Source: Paraphysomonas bandaiensis (taxonomy: Eukaryota; Protista; Chrysophyceae). Taken from it: a stretch of 64,000 bases of DNA. The notes below the pieces were generated by a model. The model had not been told where the DNA came from. It was given only the letters and a program-made list of their open reading frames with translations, and ran no database searches. Below, in pieces: positions 26,728 through 38,588 of the stretch. Location of the stretch: assembly GCA_965644295.1 (NCBI GenBank), contig CBFFRP010000335.1:62001-126000 (forward strand), in the 5' to 3' direction. Position 1 is the first letter of the stretch, and the number at the start of each line of letters is the position of its first letter. The position numbers were made by a program, and so were the translations under genes.

Positions 26728-27915
26728 ATGATCTACAAGACTCTCTCTGTTGCCCTCGTGGCTGCCTCCGCTATGGCTGAGCTCAGCTCCACCCCCCCTG
26801 CTTCTCTCAAGATGATGTTCGAGGCTTTCAAGAAAGACCACGCCAAGTCCTACGCCACAATGGAAGAGGAGGCCAATCGGTATGCCATCTTCGTTGAGAA
26901 TCTTCGCACCATCGATGCGAGAAATGCCGAAGAGATGAAAGCAGGCGGCACTGCAGTCCACGGCATCAACCAGTTTTCTGACCTTACTCACGAGGAGTTC
27001 AAAGCACGCTACTTGACAGCAGATATCAAGCTCAAGAGCTCGAACGCCCCTGTTGCCGATGTTCCTGCTTACACTGGCTCTCAAAGTTCAGTTGATTGGA
27101 CCGGAGTTTACACTACCCCCGTTAAGAACCAGGGCTACTGTGGGTAATAATTTTTCATTAGTGTTGCCACTGTTGTACTTATTATAGTATGCATTTGCAG
27201 CTCCTGCTGGGCCTTCTCAGCCACTGAGCAAATTGAATCTGACTCCATGCGTACGCTAGGTACCTCTTACACACTCTCTCCTGAGCAGATTACTCAGTGC
27301 GACAAAACTTCTTACGGGTGCAACGGTGGTTGGACTGAGCACGCTTACAACTACGTCAAGTCTGCTGGTGGAATCGAGACAGAGGTGAGTATTGGTGTAA
27401 TTTGTTGTTATATCTAGTAATCAATAGCTGTGGGGATACTTACTCGTGCAGTGCTCTAATAGTTTCATTTGCAGTCTGTATATCCTTACACCTCTTACAT
27501 GGGTGTGACCGGAACTTGCCACGCTGACTCAAGCGAGTTTGTGATCAGTGTTAACGGGTACACCACCATTAATGGTGAGACCAACATGGCCAACTATATG
27601 CTTTCCACTGGTCCTCTTTCAGTCTGTTTGGATGCCAACAACTGGAGCTCTTACACTGGTGGCATCATGTCAGCTTGTGGCAAGCAGGTCGACCACTGCG
27701 TTCAGGCAGTTGGAGTTAACACTGGCTCCAATGGATACTGGAAGGTAAATTTTTAAACACGTTTCCCCATGTTGCGTTAATATTTTGTGGTTTACTAGGT
27801 CCGCAACTCCTGGGGAACTTCATGGGGTGAGAGTGGGTACATCCGCCTGGCTTATGGGCAGAACACTTGTGACATCACCTCTGACCCCACTTATGTGTCT
27901 GTCTCTAAGGCTTAA
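26728..27915 (+). CDS. Papain-family (C1A) cysteine protease with signal peptide and I29 prodomain
   Basis: ERFNIN-like prodomain, GINQFSDLT, QGYCG|SCWAF, CNGGW, DHCVQAVG, YWK|VRNSWG; 3 introns. Confidence 0.95.
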
Positions 27916-29145
27916 ATGCTCTTCCTGCTAACAAAGAGCAAAGCGAGATGTGTGTCGAACTTCAGTACTATTCACTGCTGGTATTGTGTGTTCAGTTCCT
28001 GTTCAGTGCATACTTTAATTCATTGCCTATCTTCGTATTGCTCAGTTGTGTGTAGACGTGCAATTAGTAAGAGTGGTTATGTCTATGCTCGCGAAACTGG
28101 TTATCTGCTAATAATCAAGTTCTGATGTGTCATTTATAAACTGTTTGCTGCTTTTAAGCTTACTTCGTCGCTACCCTTCAGAAGTGTTCACTTATCTCGC
28201 TCATAAAGGCCATGAAGTTCTTTATAGTTGTCTTATTCACTGCACGAAGTTAAGACAGGAACAAACGCCAACTCTAATGGTAAGTATGAGAGAAGTAATT
28301 ATGAGTGAGTGTCATAGAGTCTTATATACATCTAGCCATATCATGATGGGTTCTCTATGTTGGATGGAGTAAATACTTTAAGGTAGCTCTACTAATGTTT
28401 GAAAGACACAATGTTCAAATATACGTAGTGTTATGTGACTGGTTTTCTAAGTATGACTATGCATTCAAGACATCATTGATCATTGATTAAGATAATGTAA
28501 TAACCCTATTTTTTAACACTTATCCTCTTTAAAGAAAAGCGCAAGCAAGCCGTGAGAGCAAAATCCTATTACTCAACATATCTATTCCTATAAAGTTAAA
28601 GTCACTATCTTAAATATTCAGTTGCTAAAGCAACAACAATATTAAAGTACCGCTATGAATGTACATCCCTCAGTAACTGTGTATATCCCTTAGAAGAAAT
28701 TCTCTATGTGGATTATTTGGCATGCTTTGAGACCTTCTCAGAGGTGAGGTTCTGTCCGCTGATATAGACATTTAGGCATCACTGTTGATCACCAGTATCT
28801 ACATGGATATCTGCCGGCCCTGATATCTATACTCTGTATGCCTGTATGCCGTATATATGTACTGTACGTGTACTACAGCATAGTAGAACACAGAACCCCA
28901 ACATCGAGTAATGGGGCAAACGGGTCACTAGACTCAGAAAAGTTGTATTATCAGTATTCTTGAGGTATTCCATCGACTGATTCCATGCCTGTCCTCACCA
29001 CTTAACGTGTATTTCTAATAGTTATATATGCGAGCTGTGTGCATTCCACTGCTGTCTGTCTATTCATACTCAACGGACTAGAGATTTGACAGAGAAGTTT
29101 GATTAATTGCATTTTATCTGTCGATAGAACGCAACAAATAGACGG

Positions 29146-31316
29146 ATGGCAAACCATGAGGTGCAGTCTGCATTCATGGCCGCCACTCTTAGGCGATGCG
29201 TACCCTTCATAGCTCTCACTCTTATGACGACAGTGACTCTTATGGAAACTGTAACGACCACATTTATAAATATTCATTGCGTAGTATCCTCCAGCATAGT
29301 GCCTAGAATAGCTATTAGCGTTCTGTTGAATTTCCTGTTTTCGATTTTGACAGTAGTGTTGTTCATTGACTCCAATTCAAACTCTATACTATCGAAATTA
29401 CAGTGTAGTCAAATGTTTCGTCGAGTAGCCATTGTGTCTACGATGGGTACATGTATTGGGCTATGTATTCATGCAATCCTCTCCACTAAATTCGGAAACG
29501 TTTTATCACAAGGAGTATGCGTCAGCTGTGTTGTTCTGGCGCTATTGCTAAACACCACATATTGCAACAAAACTCCTACTCATCAAGGTACAGTTCCTCC
29601 GGCAATGGTGACTAATATTTATAAGGTAGTCGCGAAATCGCTGAAACCGACGTTGATGCGCGGCATAGGCATTGTAGTTGGACATGTTGTATTTCGACTC
29701 GTGTGCCCCTTCGTGACGTGTTGCTTCTCGGAGCAAGTCTCTTTGATATTATTCTCCTATCAGCTCATTATAGTCACTATCTCGGCTTCTCTCTTGCAGC
29801 TATTTTTTGAGTCTGCATTTATCACCGTTGTTACGTATCCGATGGACTTTTGCAAGTTAGAGTTTCGAGCATCAGCGCCTATCGTGGGGGAACAATATCT
29901 GCCCTCCGCGTACCTCGTGGAATCTTTATATGATCCTATGTTGAAAGAGATTAGCACTACAAAACGCTCCGATAGTAATCAAAGCGTACTGAAACAACAG
30001 TCGTTTATGCTGGCCCACTCTCGGCGCCCTCTGTGGAAGGAAATTTTGCAGAGGCATTTGCAAAGCTCAGACAATCTGATGAAGTCTGTGACAAGTCATA
30101 CAAAAGTAGAGCGAATGTGCTCTGTCATAACTGCATACGGAGTACCTCAGGTACTACCAAATAGAGAATTAGGATCAGCAGTTTGGGTATCATTGTGTAG
30201 ATCCCTTGCCGTGCAAGACCTCTCGCGTGTGGCCCGGTCATCACCTGCGAGAAGACAAGCAATATATTCATCGGAACATTTATTACCCGATATGGTACAC
30301 TCATTGTGTTCAATAATAGATGCCACCGCTATCCAGGTTAGTAGTATTGCTTGCATTCTTCTTTGTATTTGCTAGTTTTGTTAAACCTACGGGCTGAGTA
30401 GCTGTACCGTACTGTTGAGACAATGAACTAACAGTCCTTTCTTTAGTTGCAGTTGTTGGCTGCACATGGGCTGATTGAGGTTTTAGACAGCACAGGTCAC
30501 AAGTCTTCTTTTCTCTCGCGGTCATATATGAAGCTCTCTTCTATCGCATCGAAGCAACGATCAGGAATGAATTTCGTCACGGCTGTGTATAGGACATTAT
30601 TTACAAAGGGGGGAGATGAGTGGATGCACGATGCCTTTACTTCTTCGGCGGCTAGGGAAGCTGCACCTGCCCCTCCTAGCATCAAATCTCTTCCGTCGGT
30701 TGACTCTTCCGATTCGTGGGCATTGCTCTCACAGACAGTACGAAGTGATGAGGCTCATGCACCGTGTTCAGATGGAGTAATTGCTTTATTCCGTCGAAGA
30801 CGAGAGTCGAGGGAAGAAACTTGTAGTGGCTCTCTTCTTAATGCCCTGGTGTGTGTTTTCCCTTTCATTGCTGGTGTGGTGGGTGCTACTCTCAACACGG
30901 ATCCTATTCAGGAAAGAACTTGTGCTGATATTGTTAATGCCATTGACGCGCTTTCTCTTATGCTGGTTCACGCCACCGAAGAAGATGATACTCGCAGGGC
31001 GCTTAATTATGTACCTACGGTTCTTTGTTGCATGCTAGAAATGGAAATTTCTCTCACGGCATACATCAATATACTTAGAGCAGGGAAGCGATCCACTCTT
31101 CTTTCCAGTGGCTCACTTGGATATGACCAGTTCAAACAAATTAAGCGAGCCAGAAAGGTTGAGGAAGTGGTGTCGCCCAATTTGCTGTCGATTTCTTACT
31201 CCCTATCGACTGCATTAAACCGTATCGTACTAAGCTACTATGATGTTATTCCGACTTTCACGTTGCCACCAAAGTATGCGGGACACGTTAAGGATAGAAT
31301 GGCCATGTGCTTGTAA
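29146..31316 (+). CDS. NDC1: Transmembrane nucleoporin NDC1-like protein
   Basis: About 6 N-terminal hydrophobic segments; QDLSRVARSSPARRQAIYS, EEDD...VPTVLCCML and STALNRIVLSY match remembered NDC1 C-terminal motifs; one intron near 30337. Confidence 0.65.
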
Positions 31317-31588
31317 ATGCTAGTGTTGTCAACTAGTATTAGAGTAGCCAATTGGAAGTCCTATAATTAATTAATAATTACCATACAGTTCGTAATTCGT
31401 AATATGTTGGCTTAGTGTGTTAAGCGCTTTTACGTGAAACAGTTAATTTTAACTTCTAATTCTGTTACTTGAATTCATCAGTAATAGTAGAGGGTTGCAC
31501 TCTTTCAATGAACCTGATCTGCACAATGTTCCTGTAACGTAACTTTAAAATCGTGGAGGCAGTTGAACGTATAATTATTAATAACGAT

Positions 31589-31768
31589 GTAGAAACCTTG
31601 TTATATCTTGCAGTTGTGGTATAGTATGCTGCAGTCATTCTAACATAGAGGTATCTACTGGTACGAAGTACATAATGCATAATACAGTGTTGTCATATAT
31701 CCATAATTCTGTAGTAGGAAATAACATCGAATCGTGTACAATATTACATGTACAGTCATTCCGATGCC
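31589..31768 (-). promoter_or_regulatory. Two SECIS-like (UGAC/NGAU core) stem-loops in the GPx 3' UTR
   Basis: gcatcgga-ATGAC-tgtaca..tgtaca-CGAT-tcgatgt (31723-31768) and gtagatacct..tgttaga-ATGAC-tgcag..ctgca-AGAT-ataaca-aggtttctac (31589-31658); upper helices are shorter than canonical. Confidence 0.5.
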
Positions 31769-31793
31769 AATTCGCAAGCAAGCTTACAGCTTA

Positions 31794-32502
31794 TCACGAC
31801 GTACAACTCAAAGACCCTTTGGAAAGAAGTGTTTCAATGTCTTTCTCAAAACTCAACGGTGACTGTGGGGGGCCATAACGCTTGATGGGAACGCCATCAC
31901 TATCGCATAAAAACTTCGTAAAATTCCACTTTATCGCTCCTCCAAGAATGCCATTGCCCATACGAGAAGTAAGAAAAAGAAATAACGGGTGAGAAACTCC
32001 TTCCACACTCCCACAATCAATCTTCCCTAGTATTGGGAAAGTGGCACCTTTACCGCGGGCAAAATCAAGGATTTCTTCGTTCGTGCCTGGCTCCTGTTGA
32101 CCAAATCTAAACACATTAATATAAAAACTAAATCAGCGAAAAAGCTATTTAGTACCTATTGCAGGGAAAGGCTAGAATCTCTAAACCACGGGATGAATAC
32201 TTTTCGTATAAAATACGCATCTCTTCGTAGTTCTGGTTCGTTAACCCTCATCTACATGGACATTGTCAGTAAACATACGGCCCGGATATAACACATACTT
32301 GCTGGCTACATTGACCACTAAGTATGCCGACTTTCCCTTCATTGTCGACAGCTCAACGGGTGTTCCACTGATATCTTCGACTGCATATATATTACCACTG
32401 CACTGCTGCTACACCGACACACATACCCGTGTAATCAAATATACTCCCATCGACATCCGTGTTGATTGCAGGCTCAAAGAAGCTCGTTATCCAACCTAAC
32501 AT
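31794..32502 (-). CDS. GPX: Glutathione peroxidase with in-frame UGA (selenocysteine) at the active site
   Basis: Spliced: MLGWITSFF...SIFDYT|VEDISG...VVNVASK|UGLTNQNY...LAFPCNR|FGQQEPG...IKWNFTKFL; TGA at 32248-32250; intron 32252-32298. Confidence 0.9.
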
Positions 32503-33310
32503 GATAATAGACTTACGCTTATTCAGTGTGGTAAAAGTGTTCGTTAATGCAGTTGAGATGCACTCAGGGGTGTTCTGCAGAGCAGACTACATGCACTCGC
32601 CTTCCATCTTGCTGTAGGATACACATGTACTGCTGACCGTGTACGTATACCGGACACTATACGGTGAGAGTGTGATATACAGTGTGGCGAAAGATGCACA
32701 GGATTCGACAACAGCAGTGTATTACACTTGTATATTAGGACTACAGAGCAGTAAAAATCCAAGTGCGTGTCCCAACATTCTGCTGTACATTGCATGGTCA
32801 ATGCAAGCACTTTAGAGGGTATGTGTAATTTAACGTAGAAACCTGGCATAAACCACAACCATCTAGGTGCTGTCTTCAGCGTGTCTTCATTTTCTACTCC
32901 TACCCTTTTCTTAATACGACGCTCTTTAGAAGGGTAGGGAGAGTAGATAGCATGGTAAAAAACTACCCTTTCTAACTACGGAAACCCTTAAAAAGCGGGA
33001 TTTTCTTAGAATCAAGCACCATAGCCGGCCAATCAGGAGGCAGTGATCTGAACTTTGTGTGTACAGAGAGCATCCGACGCACGAGCACAGGTCGACGCCT
33101 TTACTAACCTAACTACTCATTCGGGACTTCCGTTCCTGTACTCGCCTTTCGTTTCTTATATAAGAGCTTTCACAAGAGCATTAGAGTGAGCTCGTAGATA
33201 AGACTGTAGAGCTGTCCTCTGACAGATATCCTTCCAAGGCTCATATCCCGAGACATCATAATCTGACCAGAGAACCACTGGTTCTAAACAGTCTAGTACT
33301 CCGACCTCCC

Positions 33311-33388
33311 GCTAACTAGAAACTAGAGGGTATATATATAGCACCCTCAACAGTTACGACTTTCATCAGCGTCTAGTTTCTAGTTAGC
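33311..33388. repeat. Perfect 17-bp inverted repeat (hairpin)
   Basis: gctaactagaaactaga (33311-33327) and tctagtttctagttagc (33372-33388). Confidence 0.9.
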
Positions 33389-33499
33389 TAACTAAAGGAA
33401 GGCACATGCTGGGAGAGCCACACGATATATATTGTAGTCATATTTGTCATCTTGATGCTCACTTTTCGGCAAATTTATTATTACGCTTTGTTGATAGCT

Positions 33500-34100
33500 A
33501 TAATTTTATTTCTTAGAGGAACTTGATGTACGGCGACATTCCCATCACTGAAGATCAAACTGGATTCAAGTTCAATAGGTACAGCTTTCCTTCAATACTG
33601 TTTGAAAGTGATTGTAAAGGCACTCTATGACCCACGCCTTCATTGACCACTTCTCTTCCCATAACACTGACAAGGGATCCATCGGTATATACTAATAAGC
33701 TATATAGAATACACATACACGTTTGTGTTAAGCAGATATGCACACAAGCATTAATTGTTATGTTTGAATATTTGTTTCGACCCTCTGCAAGCGATTAATA
33801 TGCTGTGCGTTGAGAGCAAGTATCGTAGACAGTTACAATCAATTGGATATAAAACGAATAGGTTAACACTAGATAATAGCAATTGCACTAGATCAACTCG
33901 AAACAATAAGCCCCAAAATTTTAATACTAGCTCCAACAATTGTACCCCTACCACAAAAAATTTAGTCGGGTTACCTGCTGAAGCAACTGACTCTAACACA
34001 GTACGCATGATACGAGGAACACAATCCTGATAATTACGACGTGACCCAAACAGTGAGGAACTGGGTGCTACGACACCAATTCACCTTCATCAGATGTGGC
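33500..34100 (-). pseudogene. Decayed non-LTR retrotransposon RT-thumb/RNase H fragment
   Basis: LVYTDGS...GVG and IFSDGNVAV RNase H-like motifs; upstream QHINRLQRVETNI resembles a LINE thumb region; frameshifts and stops. Confidence 0.45.
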
Positions 34101-34485
34101 ACTTAAGCTTTGAACTCTCCGTTAAATTTCTTGAAATATTGTTTCGAAGTATTTGTTTTGAAGATAGATTGCTTGCAATGACACCATATGATCTTCTATA
34201 TCAATTAAAGGATGAACTATAATTAAGAGTGTTTGGCTCATCATTGTGGTTTCCCTAAACCATAAACTGCGTAATGTAATAACGTCACTTTCAAATGACT
34301 GTTAACATTGTGTACAACATAAAAGATAGCTTTTCTTCAAACACAGAAGAAGTTTACGTTTTCTCCGCGTGCTAATAAGAGTGTTCTGTCGAATATACAA
34401 CCTTTATGGACACAGAAGTGAGTTTATGATTAATAAATTATACATGAAAAAGTTGTGAAGTGTTAAGATTAACGGGAAATATTAT

Positions 34486-34901
34486 TCAACCTAGTCAATT
34501 TGGTTGGCAATCCTAGTCATACCAAAATTGGTGGAATAACCTCTAGTCAAAGTAATAAATGACTCATCCCAGTTGTTCTTATATCCATTGATGACACACT
34601 GTGACTGTTTAGGATACCATCTCACACCACACAATATATTAGTGGCTTACAGAGCATCAAAAAAAACATTCAACCATAGCAATGAACTCATATATACAAA
34701 ACATGTAATGACTAGGCGAGTAATTATAATGATCGTTGTAGTTATAAGCCAGTACAATTTATGACTAGGTTTATAACAAAAATTGACTAGGTTGAATTGT
34801 TTATTACTTTGACTAGTAGGTATTTACGCCTAAAATAGTGTGCTAGGAAATATACACCACTTAGACTAGGGTGAATAATTTTCCCAGTATGTTGGACTAG
34901 A
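34486..34901. repeat. CTAGTC/GACTAG subterminal-type repeat cluster with inverted repeat
   Basis: ttcaacctagtcaattt is inverted to aaattgactaggttgaa (~34780); three ctagtc units are followed by six gactag units. Confidence 0.6.
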
Positions 34902-34916
34902 TGGGTGGGCGTAGAG

Positions 34917-36491
34917 CAGGGCCTGGTAATCATTAATGGCCTATTAATGGTAGTCCAGTTCCCGGCAATTATAATGGCCATTAATACCTACTAACTTAAA
35001 GTAGATTGCACGACTCATATAATAGATAGTGTTGAGCTCCCTTAATTACTAATTTCTAGTTAAATAGCAGACTACAAATTTTAACTACTTCTCGTTCTCT
35101 ACTGGCACATCAGGATCTTCTTGGAGGGCTTTATGGAGGATATAAACATCCCACAACATGTAATTGGCTCGTAGAGATAGCAACGATTCTAGACGATATG
35201 GGCTCATGTTTCTAAGCTCAGGTGTCATATAATCAACTTTGCACGACTAAAGAGCCTCTCAACAACATTAGATTGTGTTTCAATATGAAGCAAGCAGCGG
35301 TAGTTGGACTCATAGGTACCAAGTCGAGCTCTCTTGGTGACCTCGGCGCTGTCCAGAACACGCTGTGCAGAATCAGTTTCTTCACTCTCGTCCTCGTTAT
35401 TTCTGTCGGGTACACCAACCTCCATGGATGAATCCAGTTGCAAATGTCTAACTGCTCTTCTTTCATTGCCTGTCAACTCTCTTTCATCGTTCCCTTGAAT
35501 TTTAGCCACTGTCTTTTCAAAATTTGCACTGGCAACAATGCTTGCATTCGGGGAAAGGTATGGATGCAGCTCTGGAAATTCTTGTAGTAGCATATATCAA
35601 ATAACTGGCGGGCTTGGTACAAATTGGTTCCATCTCTTCCGAAAATACTTATTCTCCACAATAGAAAATGGTACGTCGTTCATAACTATCCATTCCAGCC
35701 ACCGAAATAAGTTCCTTGCAGCAGGAGATACTTTTTTCTTACAAAAGACAATAAAGCGCCCCCGCGAAGTCTTTCACTTCCCAAAATTCTATCGAGTTCC
35801 TCTCGCCAAGAAAATTCCGCATGTTTGGTGCCCTTCTTCTTGACTATATGATTCACACAACTCGTGTAACCTCGCAGTATATCTTGTTAAAGGAGATCAT
35901 TGCACAACGAACAATAAGATACAGAGCACTGAGAGGATTCTCTAAAACCACTCGGAAGAAGACTCTGTAAATTACACTGCCATCAATTTTTTCGGCCATC
36001 GTCGTTGCTTCATATGCTGGATGGTATAAATACAGAGATACAGAGTATATTACTTCGCTTAGTTGTGTACTATAGCCTCTTTCAACTTTGGGGGAACAAG
36101 TGTTTTTATGAATGCTTTAAGGTGAAATATGCATATTTTCAATGATTATTTTAGAGTTTTTGGGTATATGAGTACGTTGCTATGGATATCGCTCAGGAAA
36201 CTATTCTCTAACTCTAGAATGCATTAAGAAGATAGTGAACAAGGTTCCCACAGAGTGCCTGTAGAGTTGTATGAACATTATTGTCTAATATTGTTTAGAG
36301 TTTCTTCGGGGTATAGAGGATATACTACATTCTATATTATCTTAATAACACTCAGTTCTATATATAGCAGCACAGGTCATTAATGGTAGTCCGGTTACCG
36401 GCAATTATAATGGCATTAATTAAAAATGTCCCGGCAATTATAATGGCCAGTAATGCATAATGCAAGTACCATTAATGGTTACCAGGCCCTG
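34917..36491 (-). mobile_element. hAT DNA transposon, internally deleted and non-autonomous
   Basis: 23-bp TIRs cagggcctggtaa(t/c)cattaatgg; perfect 8-bp TSD gcgtagag (34909-34916 and 36492-36499); transposase relics: BED-like GYTSCVNHI, RNLFRWLEWIVMNDVPFSIVEN, and dimerisation motif SNVVERLFSRAK. Confidence 0.93.
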
Positions 36492-36504
36492 GCGTAGAGT
36501 GTAG

Positions 36505-36624
36505 CAGGGCCTGGTAACCTTTAATGGTACTTGCATTACTGGCCATTATAATTGCTAGGGCCTTTTTTAGTGATGCCAATATAATTGCCGGGAAATTTAC
36601 TGTCATTAATGGTTACCCGTCCCT
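36505..36624. mobile_element. ~120-bp MITE of the same hAT family
   Basis: Starts cagggcctggtaacctttaatgg and ends cattaatggttacccgtccct; flanks agtgtag and agtgtgg resemble a degenerate TSD. Confidence 0.7.
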
Positions 36625-36880
36625 AGTGTGGTGGTTGATTGTTACTAATGATAGCGACAACATGCACTTAGCAGTAGTCGCAAGCCATTGCTGTCAAGTT
36701 CTGGAGGAGAGCTACGACAAAAGTACATTTGCTACATTGAACATTTCATTATTTAGATAGATTACGCTTAAAACGCAGCAGGAAGATACATCCATTACAA
36801 TATTCCGTGCATACGCTACAGAGGTCTATGAGTTACTACAGTAACTTTCGTCCAACCTCATTCACTGCGTTTTTTGAAGT

Positions 36881-38191
<1,311 letters not shown>

Positions 38192-38588
38192 GATTAAAGA
38201 GTGTACCAGCTAATGAATGGGAGAGACGGATGTTTGTATCTGAATGCTGTGCTATGAGACGGATGTATAGGCATGTATACGTATAGATGTACATCTTACA
38301 CATCCCACAAAAATCTACCGCATACTGTCGCAGAATTTGGCAAAGAGGATCTTCAAGGGGTGCCACTTTTCAGTTTTACAATACAGTGTGTGTCTCTTAG
38401 CTTCGCTCATGGTTTAGTTGGAAGCAAGATTTCGTGTGTTCATATCACGCATTGGCTAACGGGCTCCTCCCGCAGTGTGAATAATAGTCTATGCTATCGA
38501 CGTGCTGATCATTTGCAGTAGTTGCGAGTGTATGCGCTGCTTATCTTATAGTTACACTAGTGGCATGTATGAATAGAGTGTGACTGTG

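Noticed and set aside
33104-33118. ctaacctaac as a telomerase RNA template
   Set aside because: Too short, lies upstream of the TATA-like motif, and has no supporting structure.
33340-33375. CTGATGA on the minus strand inside a long stem, suggesting a hammerhead ribozyme or C/D snoRNA
   Set aside because: No GAAA after a stem II, and no terminal CTGA D box.
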